Positions 1 through 12,224 of a DNA stretch of 64,000 nucleotides are shown here, one piece after another. Numbering within the stretch: position 1 is the stretch's first letter; every line of letters begins with the position of its first letter. Below the pieces are notes generated by a model. That model did no database searches. It had not been told where the DNA came from and was given only the letters and a program-made list of their open reading frames with translations. The DNA comes from Squalus acanthias (lineage: Eukaryota): NCBI GenBank assembly GCA_030390025.1, contig CM059432.1, positions 115,942,001-116,006,000 of the forward strand. The letters are read 5' to 3'. The translations under genes and the position numbers were made by a program.

Positions 1-179
1 AGGTCACCCATGTCTGGAAGCAACTTGCTTCAGCACAAGCTTTTAAATGAACAAAAACGTACTTTAGCACCAGCTAGACCACTCCCTGTAGATTATTTAA
101 ACTTTTGCCAACTATAAGAAAGCTCCAAAAACGCATACTATTGCACTAGCAGCCAGAAGAAATAGTCCAGCAACGAACA

Positions 180-530
180 TGTAAGTAATTCATGATCCAT
201 TTAAATAGCGCTGATGGGGTGTCCTTTATTTAGTTTAACATGTGTTCAGCTGTTCGAGGTTAAGATAGGGCGTAGGCTGGAGCGTGGAGTTCGAAAATGG
301 CAGTGCTGGCATCAAATCAGCGTTGCACACTGATTGACGTCATAATCTGCCTGCCCTGCATGCTGCCGGTGGTCGTTAGGTGTGCGGGCGCAAACCCCTT
401 TACCAAGGTGGTGTCCAGCGCACTTCCCATCGGAAGTGTGCACGCGCACATCCAACCCCATTTTCAAGCATTAGAAGGCTGCGTAGTGCCTAAAAAAACA
501 GGTGCTACAGAGCTCAAGTTCTCCCCCAAT
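180..530. mobile_element. Right end of a non-autonomous Harbinger-like element
   Basis: CpG-rich subterminal sequence ending AAGTTCTCCCCC, resembling the Harbinger termini elsewhere in the window; the left end is not identified. Confidence 0.4.
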
Positions 531-574
531 GTTTCCGAGCCTTCAGCTAATTTGTTCTCCATATCCATGGTTGA

Positions 575-1139
575 TTAAATATTGGGAAGACCGAAGCCTT
601 TGTCTTCAGTCTCCGCCACAAATCCCGTTCCCTAGCCACCGACTCCATCCCTCTCCCTAGCATCTGTCTGAGGCTGAACTAGACTGTTCACAACCTTGGT
701 GTCATATTTGACCCTGAAATGAGCTTCTGACCACATGTCCGCAGCATAACTAAGACCGCCTATTTCAACCTTCGTAACATCGCCCGACTCCACCCAGTCT
801 CAGCTCATCCACTGCTGAAACCCTCATCCATGCCTTGGTTATCTCTAGGCTTGACTATTCCAACGCACTCCTGGCTGGCCTCCCACATTCTACCCTATGT
901 AAACTTGAGGTGATCCAAAACTTGGCTGCCCGTGTCCTAACTCGCACCAAGTCCCGTTCACTTATCATCCCTGTGCTCGCTGACCAACATTGGCTCCCGG
1001 TTAAGCAATGCCTTAATTTTAAAATTCTCATCCTTGTTTTCAAATCCCTCCATGGCCTCACCCCTCCTTTTCTCTGTAATCTCCTTTTGCCCCACAACCC
1101 CCCGAGATATCTGCACTCCTCTAATTCTGGCCTCTTGAG
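575..1139 (+). mobile_element. L2 LINE 3' fragment, part 1
   Basis: ORF 835-1152 (SRLDYSNALLAGLP...HWLPVK...FKILILVFKSLHGL); colinear with the L2 copy at 16370-16935. Confidence 0.9.
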
Positions 1140-1589
1140 GTGGAAATTGTAGTACAAATAATAGTTCAAAAACAAATGAAAAGGAAGAGAGTAGAGTAAC
1201 AGTCAGGAATTGCGCTTTAGGTACTCCTGGTAAAGGGAAAACTAAAAAGATGTATCGTGATTAAACCAGGATAGAGAAATAAGAAACATGTGAGGAGAAC
1301 ACAAGAGCTGAATGACAGGCTAGGTGTGTGGCCCAAATAGCGTTCTTTATACAAACGCACGGAGTATAAGGAATAAATTGAATGAACTGCAGGCGCGAAT
1401 TCAAATTGGAGGGTATGACATGGTAGCCATTACTGAGACATGGCTGCAAGACGGTCAGGACTGGGAACTAAATATACCAGGTTATAAGGTCTACAGGAAA
1501 GATAGGAAAAATGGGAGAGGGGGAGGAGTAGCCTTAGTGATTAAGGATGAAATCACTTCAACGATAAGAGAGGATATAATGAGAGGATA
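1140..1589 (+). mobile_element. CR1 LINE A, 5' part (APE endonuclease start)
   Basis: YTNARSIRNKL...VAITETWL...GYKVYRKDR...GGGVAL motifs; continues at 3376. Confidence 0.9.
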
Positions 1590-3375
1590 ACTAAAGTAAG
1601 AGTAGGGCCTATTAGGGACCATAAAGGTAACCTGTGTGTGGAAGCGGAAGACATGGGTTTGGTTCTTAATGAATACTTTGCATCTGTTTTCACAAAAGAG
1701 AGACGATGCAGACATTGCAATCAGGGAGGAGTGTGAAATATTAGATGAAATACACATAATGAAAGAGTAAGTTTTAAGGGGTTTAGCATCTTTGAAAGTG
1801 GATAAATCCCCAGGCCCGGATGAAATGTATCCCAGACTGTTAAGAGAAGTAAGAGAGGAAATAGCAGAGGCTCTGACCATCATTTTCCAATCCTCTCTGG
1901 CTACAGGTGTGGTGCCAGAGGACTGGAGGACTGCTAACATGGTACCGTTGTTTAAAAAGGGAGAAAGGGATAGACTGAGTAATTACAGGCCAGTCAGCCT
2001 AACCTCGGTGGTGGGAAAATTATTGGAAAAATTTCTGAGCGACAGGATAAATCTTCATTTAGAAAGACACGGATTAATCAGGGACAGTCAGCATGGATTT
2101 GTTAAGGGAAGGTCGTGTCTGACTAACTTGATTGAATTTTTTGAGGAGGTAACAAGGAGGGTCGATGAGGGTAGTGCGTTTGATGTAGTCTATATGGATT
2201 TTAGCAAGGTTTTTGATAAGGTCCCGCATGGCAGATTTGTCACGAAAGTAAAAGCCCATCGGATCCAAGGCAAAGTGGCAAGTTGGATCCAAAATTGGCT
2301 CAGAGGCAGGAAACAAAGAGTAATGGTCAAAGGGTGTTTCTGTGACTGGAAGGCTGTTTCCAGTGGGGTTCCACAGGGCTCAGTACTGGGTCCTTTGCTT
2401 TTTGTGGTATATATCAATGATTTGGACTTGAATGTAGGAAGTATGATTAAGAAGTTTGCAGATGATGCAAAAATTGGCCTTGTGATTGATAATGAAGAAG
2501 AAAGTTGTAGACTGCAGGAATATATCAATGGACTGGTCAGGTGGGCAGAACAGTGGCAAATGGAATTCAATCTGGAGAAGTGTGAGGTAATGCATTTGGG
2601 GAGGGTTAACAAGGCAAGGAAATACACTATAAATGGTAGGATACTGAGAAGTGCAGAAGATCAGAGGGACCTTGGAGTGCATGTCCACAGATCCCTGAAG
2701 GTAGCAGGACAGGTAAATAAGGTGGTTAAGAAGGCATATGGGATACTTGCCTTTATTAGCCGAGGCATAGAATATAAGAGCAGGGAGGTTATGCTTGAAC
2801 TATATAAAACACTAGTTTGGCCACAGCTAGAATACTGCGCCAGTTCTGGTTACCACATTACAGGAAGGATGTGATTGTACTAGAGGGGGTGCAGAGGAGA
2901 TTCACGAGGATGTTGCCAGGAATGGAGAACTTTAGCTATGAGGAAAGATTGGATAGGCTGGGGTTGTTCTCTTTGGAACAGAGGAGGCTGAGGGGAGACT
3001 TAATTGAGGTGTATAAAATTATGAGGGGCCAAGATAGAGAGGATAGGAAGGACCTATTTCCCTTAGCAGAGAGGTCAATAACCAGGGGGCATAGATTTAA
3101 AGTAATTGGTCGGAAGTTTAGAGGGGATTTGAGGAGAAATTTTTTCACCCAGAGGGTGATGGGGGTCTGGAACTCACTGCCTGAAAGGGTGATAGAGGCA
3201 GAGACCCTCATCGCATTTAAAATGTACTTGGATATGCACTTGAAGTGCCATAACCTCCAAGGCTACGGACCAAGTGCTGGAAAGTGGGATTAGGGTGGAT
3301 AGCTCTTTGTCGGCCGGCATGGACAAGATGGGCTGAATGGCCTCCTTCTGTGCTGTAAATTTGTATGATTCTATG
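1590..3375 (+). mobile_element. CR1 LINE B, 5'-truncated, inserted in CR1 A
   Basis: RT ORF 1792-2874 (QHGF, DFSKVFDKV, GVPQGSVLGP, FADD), C-terminal ORF 2817-3293, tail TGTATGATTCTATG. Confidence 0.95.
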
Positions 3376-6000
3376 AAGCAGGCAGTGGAGACTTTATGGG
3401 TAGAATTAAGAAATATGAAAGAATTTAAGACTGTAGTGGGAGTTGTGTATAGGCCCCCTGGTAGCAGCTATGAAGCGCTAGATTGTATAAATGCAGAGAT
3501 TAGACAAACATGTAGTAAAGGCAGAGTAGTTTTAATGGGGGATTTTAACTTTTATATTGATTGGGAAAAGCAGACTAGCACCTGTCAGAAAGGTAGTGAA
3601 TTTCTTGAGTGTGTCCGGGATAGTTTTCTACAACAATATGTCCTAGAGGCAACAAAGGGGCAAGCCATATTAGATTTAGTAATGAGTAATGAGCCAGATT
3701 TAGTTAACAGCCTAACTGTGCGTGAACATTTATCCAATAGCGATCATAACATGATTGAGTTCAACATAGTGTTTGAAAGGGAGAAATGCAAAACAGCCAC
3801 TAAGATTCTAGATTTAGGTAAGGCCAACTTCAACAGAATGAGACAGAGACTGTCCACATTAAACTGGGCAAATCTGTCAATGGGTAAAATGACATGAGAT
3901 TAGTGGGAGATGTTCAAAAAGGAATTTAATGTGATACAGAACCAGTTTATTCCCCTGAGGGGCAAGAGCTCTACTTGCCAAAAAAAAACAGCCATGGATG
4001 AGTAAAGAGGTAAAGGACAGCATAAAACTAAAAGAAAAAGCATACAAAAATGCAAAAAATAGCACAGATCCTGGTGAATGGGAAAGATACAAAGAACAGC
4101 AAAGAGTTACAAAACAGATAGTAAGAGCTACAAAAAGGGAGTATGAAAAGAAACTTGCAAGGGATATCAAAATAAACACAGAGAATTTTTACAATTACAT
4201 TAGGAAAAAGAGGATGATCAGGAGCAATGTTGGCCCCTTAAAAACTGAAAGCGGCGATACTGTCAATGATAATAAGGAAATGGTGGACATGTTGAATAAT
4301 TACTTGGCGTCAGTATTTACAGTAGAAGAGGATAGCATGCCGGAAATCCCAAGGAAACTAATATTGAATCAGGGACAGGGACTCAATAAAATCAACATAA
4401 GTAAAATAACAGTAATGAAGAAAATAATGGCACGAAAGAGTGACAAACCCCCAGGACCAGATGGTTTCCATCTCAGGGTTTTAAAGGAAGTAGGTGAGCA
4501 CATTGCAGATGCCCTAACTATAATCTTCCAAAGTTCTCTCGATTCAGGAACCGTTCCTTTAGATTGGAAAATTGTGCATGTCACTCCGCTATTTAAGAAT
4601 GGCGAGAGGGGGAAACCAGGGAATTATGGACCAGTTAGCCTAACATCTGTTGTCGGGAAATTACTAGAGTCTATAATTAAGGATAGGGTGACTGAACAGC
4701 TCGAAAATTTTCAGTTGATCAGAGACAACATGGATTTGTGAAAGGTAGGTCATGCCTGACAAACCTGACTGAATTTTTTGAGGAGGTGACTAAAGTAGTG
4801 GACAGGGGAATGTCTATGGATGTTATTTATATGGACTTCCAGAAGGCATTTGATAAAATCCCAATTAAGAGACTGTTAGCTAACGTAGAAGCCCATGGAA
4901 TTGAAGGCAAATTATTGACCTGGTTAGGAAATAGGCTGAGTGGCAGGAGACAGAGAGTAGGGATAATGGGTAGGTACTCAAATCGGCAGGCAATGACTAG
5001 TGGTGTCCCGCAGGGATCTGTGTTGGGGCCTCAACTATTCACAGTATTTATTAATGACTTAGATGATGGCATAGAAAGCAATATATCAAAATGTGCTGAT
5101 GACACAAAGATAGGCGGCATTGTAGGTAGTGTAGATGAAAGTATAAAATTACAAAGGGATATCGACAGATTAAGGGAATGGGCAAATGGATTTCAATGTA
5201 GGCAAATGTGAGGTCATCCACTTTGGACCTAAAAAGGATAGCACAGGGTACTTTCTAAATGTTGGAAAGCTTAAAACAGTGGAAGTCCAAAGAGACTTGG
5301 AGATCCAGGTATATAGATCATTAAAATGTCATGAACAGGTACAGAAAATAATCAAAAAGGCTAATGGAATCGTGACCTTTATATCTAGAGGACTAGAATA
5401 CAAGCGGGTCGAAGTTATGCTGCAGCTATACAAAACCCTGGTTAGACCACACCCGGAGTACTGTGAGCAGTTCTGGGCACCACACCTTTGGAAGGATATA
5501 GTGGCCTTGGAGGGAGTGCAGCGTAGGTTTACCAGAATGATACCCGGACTTCAAGGGTTAAGTTACGAGGAGAAATTACACAAATTAGGGTTGTACTCCC
5601 TGGAATTTAGAAGGTTAAGGGGTGATCTGATCAAAGTTTTCAAGATATTAAGAGGAACAGATAGGGTAGATAGAGAGAAACTATTTCCGCTGGTTGGGGA
5701 GTCTAGGACTAGGGGGCATGGTTGAAAAATTAGAGCCAGATCTTTCAGGAGTGTAATTAGGAAACACTTCTACACACAAAGGGTGGTAGAAGTTTGGAAC
5801 TCTCTTCTTCAAAAGACAATTGATGCTAGATCAATTGTCAATTTTAAATCTGAGATTGATAGATTTTTATCAACCAAAGGTATTAAGGGATATGGGCCAA
5901 AGGTGGGTATATGGAGTTAGGTTGCAGATCAGCCATGATCTCATTGAATGGCGGAACAGGCTCGAGGGGCTCAATGGCCTACTCCAGTTCCTATGTTCCT
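3376..6000 (+). mobile_element. CR1 LINE A, 3' part (endonuclease-RT, disrupted)
   Basis: ETLWVEL, GVVYRPP, MGDFN, SDHN, then RT fragments 3998-5725 and the CR1 3' UTR ending TTCCTATGTTCCT. Confidence 0.95.
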
Positions 6001-6177
6001 ATCCCTGATCTTAATCGCTCCACCATTAGTGGCCGTGCCTTCAGCTGCCCAGGCCCTAAGCTCTGGAATTCCTCTCTAAACCTCTCCGCCTCTCTACCTC
6101 GCTTTCCTCCTTTAAGATTCTCCTTAAAACTTAGCTCTTTGACCAAGCTTTTGGTAATCTGCCCTAACTTCTCCTTA
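6001..6177 (+). mobile_element. L2 LINE 3' fragment, part 2
   Basis: ATCCCTGAT...GGCCGTGCCTTCAGC continues from 1139 when compared with L2 16930-17115. Confidence 0.9.
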
Positions 6178-6606
6178 TAGAAACATAGAAACATAGAATC
6201 TAGGAGCAGGAGTAGGCCATTCGGCCCGTCGAGCCTGCTCCGCCATTCAATACGATCATGGCTGATCATCCAAATCCAGTACCCTGTCCCTGCTTTAATC
6301 CCCACAGTACACATATCCCACCCTACCCCCGTAACCCCACGTATTTAATTCCCCCTAACATATCCCATCCTATCCCCATAACCCCACATATTTAATCCCC
6401 CCTAACACTAAGGGTCAATTTATCATAGCCAAATCAACCTAACCCACACATTTTTTGGACTGTGGGAGGAAACCGGAGCACCCGGAGGAAACCCACGCAG
6501 ACACGGGGAGAATGTGCAAACTCCACACAGACAGTCACCCGAGGTCAGATTCGAACCCGGGTCTCTGGCGCTGTGAGGCACCAGTGCTAACCACTATGCC
6601 ACCGTG
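6178..6606 (-). mobile_element. V-SINE (HE1-like): tRNA-derived head, V core, CR1 tail
   Basis: Minus strand: box A-like GGTGGCATAGTGG, box B-like GGTTCGAATC, core GTGTGGAGTTTGCACATTCTCCCCGTGTCTGCGTGGGTTTCCTCC, and a CR1 3' tail with (TTTCTATG)n. Confidence 0.9.
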
Positions 6607-6706
6607 TGGCTTGGGGTCAAATGTTGCTTTATAACACTCCTGTGAAGCACCTTGGGACGTTTTACTACGTTAAAGGCGCTATATAAATACAAGTTGTTGT
6701 TGTTGA
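6607..6706 (+). mobile_element. L2 LINE 3' terminus, part 3
   Basis: GGCGCTATATAAATACAAG(TTG)n tail, as at 17190-17222. Confidence 0.9.
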
Positions 6707-6975
6707 TAAGGTTACGCAAATGAGATTATTAGCAGAAATGAAAGAGCACGAAACTGGAGGTAACACGGGTTGGGAGGTAGGAGACAAAGAGTACAGATAA
6801 AGGGATTGCTTTCTGATTGCAGTGATGTGACAAGTGGTGTTCCCCAGGGATATATACCGGGGCCTCAGCTTTTCACCATATACATATATAAATGACTTGG
6901 ATGAAGGAATAGAGAGTTGTATGTCCAAGTTTGCAGATATTACTAGGTTAGGACGCACAGTAATTTGTGTAGATA
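6707..6975 (+). mobile_element. Old CR1 RT fragment, 5' part (continues at 9894)
   Basis: Degenerate SGVPQG...INDLDEG...SKFAD coding remnants. Confidence 0.8.
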
Positions 6976-9893
6976 AGAGTCACAATGCGGATTCCGCCCA
7001 CTAAGGGGCACAATGGACATGATCTTCACCGCGCATCAAGTACAAGAGAAATGCAGGGAACAGCACCAACCGCTGTACATGGCCTTCTTTGACCTCACAA
7101 AGGCCTTCGACAGTGTCAACCATGAGGGATTATGGATTGTCCTCCTCAAATTCGGCTGCCCTCAAAAGTTTGTCACCATCCTCCGCCTGCTTCACGACGA
7201 CATGCAAGCCGTGATCCTGACCAACGGATCCACCACAGAACCAATTCATGTACGGACCAGGGTCAAGCAAGACTGTGTCATCGCATCAACGCTCTTCTCG
7301 ATCTTCCTTGCTGCAATGCTCCATCTCACCCTCAGTAAGCTCCCGCTGGAGTGGAGCTAATCTACAGAACAAACGGGAAACTGTTCAACCTCCATCGCCT
7401 CCAGTCCAGATCCAAGGTTGTCCCATCCTCTGTCATCAAATTACAGTATGAAGACGACGCTTGCATCTGCGCACACTCGGAGGTCGAACTCCAAACCATC
7501 GTCAATATCTTCACCGAAGTGTACGAGAGCATGGGCCTTACACTAAACATCCATAAGACAAAGGTCCTCTACCAACCTGCCCCCGCCACACAGTACTGCT
7601 CCCCGATTATCAAAATCCACGATGAGGCCTTGGACAACGTGGACCACTTGTGAAGGAATATGCCATATTCAGAAAAATACACCATCCTATGAAAGAATTC
7701 TGACTTTATTAAACATGACAAACTGGGCTTGGAAATCTGAAAAACTCAACAATGAAAAGCTGTAAACACCATACAGGCTTTTGAGATAAGATAAGTTGTT
7801 GACACTGAAACAATAGCCCTATTGAAGCAGAGGGTTAGAGCTTCCAGAAAGTCTGCAGCTTGGAAAGAGTACAATGGAACCCCCAGTTAAAGGTGTCTTA
7901 AACCAACACTTTGAAATGAAACACAAAACATTAAAGAAACATGTGCCTTTGTAAAAATGACATCAAGTAAAAGAAACACCTGCCGTCAAATTGTTTTCAT
8001 GTTAAACTTAGAACACGGAGACAGGAGTCTGTGGTACAACCAGTTGAGGTAGCTAGGGGGACAATGGTGTACCTGGTTGAAGTGTTTTTAATTTACATGT
8101 TGTAAAAAGATACAAACAGAAGACTTTCATAAATATGACATCAATAGATGCAACAGCCATCACATTGTTTTTGTGTTGAACTTGGAACACCTTGGAGACA
8201 CGAAGTCTGCTTACAACCAGCTGAGGTGACTTAAGAATTGAATAGAGGACCTTCGTGAGAATGACATCAAATAGATACATCTGTTACAACCGTTTCTTAT
8301 GATGAACTTGAAACACCTAAAGGAGAGACACGAGTCTGAAAGCTACAAGCTGAACTAACTGTAAGAATAGAAGGGGTCAACAGAAAAATGACTAGAGATA
8401 ATTAGCTTACATCAGCAGAAAACTTCAAAGGATATACCACTGAGAAAGAGTATAAAGATTGGATTTTCAAATGGGAAGACAGAATTCGCTGGAAGGGGCA
8501 AAGCGGTTCTCAGACTTCAGAGGCAAGCTCTGTAAGTTTTCAACTCTTTAAGACTTGGGTATCAAAGGTATTTGATTTTGGTGGATATTCTGGAATAAAC
8601 TAAGAAATATAAAAATGTAATGAAGTTAAGATTTGAAAATAAGGATCTCTGATAATAAGATTGTAAAAGTATTCTGATTTTTGAATTGTTGATGTTGCGA
8701 CTGAATTACCAACTGTAAACTACATGTCGGTTCTGGAATAAATCTATATTTTTTTTGAATTGTCTCAAATAGTACTTCTGTATCAAACTCGCAAACTCAC
8801 TCTCTGTATACTCTTTGGTGAGGAGTTGCAGAATTCTGGGGGAGTTTTCCAGACCCTCATAATATCCGGAATGTTACAGTCTAGCTAAACTTATTAAAAG
8901 TGCTATCTGGAGGACGGGAACATCTTCAGGTCGTTCCTTTCCTTTAGGGAGAGATAGTCTGGACCTTTAGACCCAATTAAGCGTCTTTAGGATCCGGCTA
9001 CCTCTAACTTTAGTTGAAGGTGAACGTCTGGGGAATACGCCTGATCCGGGGTAGCCCGAAAAGGGCTAGGACAAGTAATAATCCCTTTCACACTTTCCAT
9101 ACCTCGGGAGCCTACTGTCAACAAGGGCAGACGTCGATGACGAAGTCCAACACCGCCTTCAGTGTGCCAGTGCAGCTTTCAGTCTCCTGAGGAAGAGAAT
9201 GTTTGAAGACCAAGACCTCAAACCCGGCACTAAGCTCATGGTCTACAGAGCAGTCGTGATACCCGCCCTCCTGTATGCTTCAGAGACATGGACCATGTAC
9301 AGCAGGCACCTCAAAGCACTGGAGAGGTACCACCAATGCTGCCTCTGCAAGATCCTGCAAATCCATTGGCAGGATAGGCGCACCAACATCAGTGTTCTCG
9401 CTCAGGCCAACATCCCTAGCATCGAAGCTCTGGCCACACTCGATCAGCTCAGATGGACGGGCCACATCGTCCGCATGCCCAATACGAGACTACCAAAACA
9501 AGCGCTCTACTCCGAGCTCCGACACGGCAAGAGAGCCCCAGGTGGGCAGAGGAAACACTTCAAGGACACCCTCAAAGCCTCCTTGAAAAAATGCAACATC
9601 CCCACCGACACCTGGGAATCCCTGGCCCAAGACCGCACAAAGTGGAGGAGAAGCATCCGGGAAGGCGCCGAACACCTCGAGTCTCTTCGCCAGGAGCAAG
9701 CGGAAGCCAAGCGCAAACAGCGGAAGGAGCGCACGTCAACCCAGGCACCCCACCCACCCGCCCCTTCAACCACCGTCTGCCCCACCTGTTACAGAGACTG
9801 TAGGTCCCGCATTGGACTCATCAGTCACCTGCGAACTCATTTTTAGTGTGGAAGCAAGTCATCCTCGATTCCGAGGGACTGCCTAAGAAGAAG
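6976..9893 (+). mobile_element. RTE-clade LINE, 5'-truncated, split by a solo LTR
   Basis: DMIFTA..QEKCREQ..FFDLTKAFDSV; C-terminal ORF 9199-9846 with QLRWTGHIVRM and CPTC..SHLRTH zinc finger; (AAG)n tail; 90-bp TSD. Confidence 0.92.
7649..9090 (+). mobile_element. Solo LTR, 1442 bp
   Basis: TG...CA ends; 4-bp TSD CACT (7645-7648 and 9091-9094), and removing the insert restores RTE codons VDHFPYLGS; TATAAA at ~8450, AATAAA at ~8594 and ~8737; no ORF. Confidence 0.8.
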
Positions 9894-10778
9894 ATATAAA
9901 TGACTTGGATGAAGGAATAGAGAGTTGTATGTCCAAGTTTGCAGATATTACTAGGTTTGGACGCACAGTAATTTGTGTAGATATAAATAGGAAGTCACAA
10001 AGAAATAGATAGACTAAGTGAGTGGGCAAAACAATGGCAGAAGCAGGTCAATGTGCGCAAGTGTGAAGTCATCCACTTCGGATCTGAGAAAGACAATTCG
10101 GAATATGTTCTTGCTGTTGAGAAACTAATAGCTGAGGAAGAGCAAAGAGATTTGTATGTCCATATTCAGAGATCACTAAAAGCTAGTACACAGGTACAAC
10201 AAATAATTAAAAAAGGCTAATGGAATGTTGGCCTTTACCTCAAGGGGGTTGGAATACAAAAGTGAGGAAGTGATGCTTCAGTTGTAAAGAGCCTTGGTCA
10301 GACCCCAACTGGAGTATTGCATTCAGGTTTGGGTATCGAACCTCAGGTAATACATATTGGCCTTGGCGAGAGTGCCGGACACATTCTCCAGAATAAAAGT
10401 TGAGGGGTGATCTAATCGAGGGCTTCAAAATGATAAAGGGATTTGATAGGGTAGATACAGAGAAACTATGTCCTATGGTGGGGAAACCCAGAACAAGGGG
10501 GCTTAATCTTAAAATTAGAGCCAGGCCATTTAGGAGCGAAATTAGAAGCACTTCTTAACACAAAGGGTAGTAGAAATCTGGAACCCCCTCCCATAAAAGG
10601 CTGTGGATGCTGGGTCAATTGAAATTTTCAAGATTGATATCAATAGATTTTTGTTAGGTAAGGGTTTCAAGTGATATGGAGCAAAGGCGGTTAAATGGAG
10701 TTGAGGTACAGATCAGCCATGATCTAATTGAATGGAGGAACAGGCTTGAGGGGCTGAATGGCCTACTCCTGTTCTTAT
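9894..10778 (+). mobile_element. Old CR1, 3' part
   Basis: Degenerate KCEVIHFG, LVRPQLEYC, RGDLIE remnants and a CR1 3' UTR. Confidence 0.85.
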
Positions 10779-10784
10779 CTTCCT

Positions 10785-11262
10785 CACAGGTTTCAGTTTA
10801 ATCAATAGCCTTTTATCTGGAACTTTATCAAAAGCCAGTTGGAAGTTAAGGTACTCCACATCATAGGGCTTATCACAGTCCTTTTGGGTTGTCAGTTCCT
10901 CAAAGAAGTCAAGGAGGTTGGTCATGCAGGATCTTCCCCTTCTGAATCCATGCTGACTGCTGTTAACTAGGTTATTGTTATGCAGATACTTCTTGAGTTT
11001 ACTCCTGATAACTGATTCCATTATTTTACATGGAAGTAAGACTAATGGATATATAGCAGCCCATGTCTGTTTCCTCACCCTTTTTGAGTATGGGCACCAG
11101 ATTAGCCTGTTTCTCCTCAATGTCCATTGACTCCCTCATAATGATTGCAAGTACCTCACAAATCCCCTCCCCAGTCTCTTTCAGCACTCTGGGGTAAATA
11201 TCACCTGTCCCTGGGGATTTATTTCTTTTAAGTAAATTTAGTCTGTCTCAGACATCCATCTC
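10785..11262 (-). mobile_element. Old CR1 RT fragment (continues ~11846-12560)
   Basis: ORF 10713-11120 (SQHGFRRGRSCMTNLLDFFEE); LNGYFLQVFTKE on the minus strand near 11910-11950. Confidence 0.8.
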
Positions 11263-11845
11263 CACAACAACAACAACTTGTAATTATACAGCGCCTTTAA
11301 CATAGTAAAAGAACCCAAGGCGCTTCACAGCAGTGTTATCAGACAAAAAAATTGACACTGAGCCAAAGAAGGAGACATTAGGACAGGTGACCAAAAGCTT
11401 GGTCAAAGAGGTAGGTTTTAAAGAGTGTCTTAAAGGAGGAGGGAGAGGTAGAGGGGCGGAGAGGTTTAGGGAGGGAGTTCCACAGTTTGGATGTAGACAG
11501 CTGAAGGCATGGCCACCAATGGGGGAGCAAAGGAAGTCGGGGTTCCACAAGAGGCCAGAGTTGGAGGAGCACAGAGTTCACGGATGGTTGTAGGGCTGGA
11601 GGAGGTTACAGAGACAGGGAGGGGGCGAGACCATGGAGGGATTTAAACACAAGGAGGAGAATTTTAAATTTGAGGCGTTGGTGGACTGGGTGCCAATGTA
11701 GGTCAGCGAGCACAGGGTGAACAGAACTTGGTGTGAGTTAGGATATAGGCAGAAGAGTTTTGGATGAGTTCAAGTTTATGGGGAGGCCAGGAGAGCATTG
11801 GAATAGTTGACTACTGAGGTAACTAAAGCATGGATAAGGGTTTCT
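11263..11845 (-). mobile_element. L2 LINE 3' fragment
   Basis: (CAA)n tail at the left; reverse complement of the L2 terminal region (SSFKTLFKTYLFDQAF). Confidence 0.9.
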
Positions 11846-12224
11846 TATTTATAATAAAGCCATTCATTTTATTTGGGATATCTTTGTTTGGAGAGGGCAT
11901 GTTGCTCATGTATTCCTTTGTGAATACCTGGAGGAAGTAGCCATTTAGGATATTTACTATTTTGTGCTCATTCTCAAATTCAAGCCCATTTTCCATCTTT
12001 TATGGTTTCCCCCTCTTCTCTGACTGTTCCCTTGCTGTTGTGGTAGTGAAACAATTTTTACTGTTATGCTTTGCCTCAGGTGCTATGTTTTATTCCAGGT
12101 CTTGCTTTGCCCCGCTGATCACCCTTTCAATGCGTTTCTTGTATTCATTGCAGTGAACCCCTTCTCCTTTCCCCCTGCAGGATTTGTACGGACCATTTTC
12201 CCATTTTCCTCTTTTAATTTTTAA

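Noticed and set aside
1..186. Plus-strand exon ending at a GTAAGT donor
   Set aside because: All frames contain stops, and the sequence adjoins Harbinger-like subterminal DNA.
6535..6606. tRNA gene
   Set aside because: It is the tRNA-derived head of the V-SINE, with no full cloverleaf.
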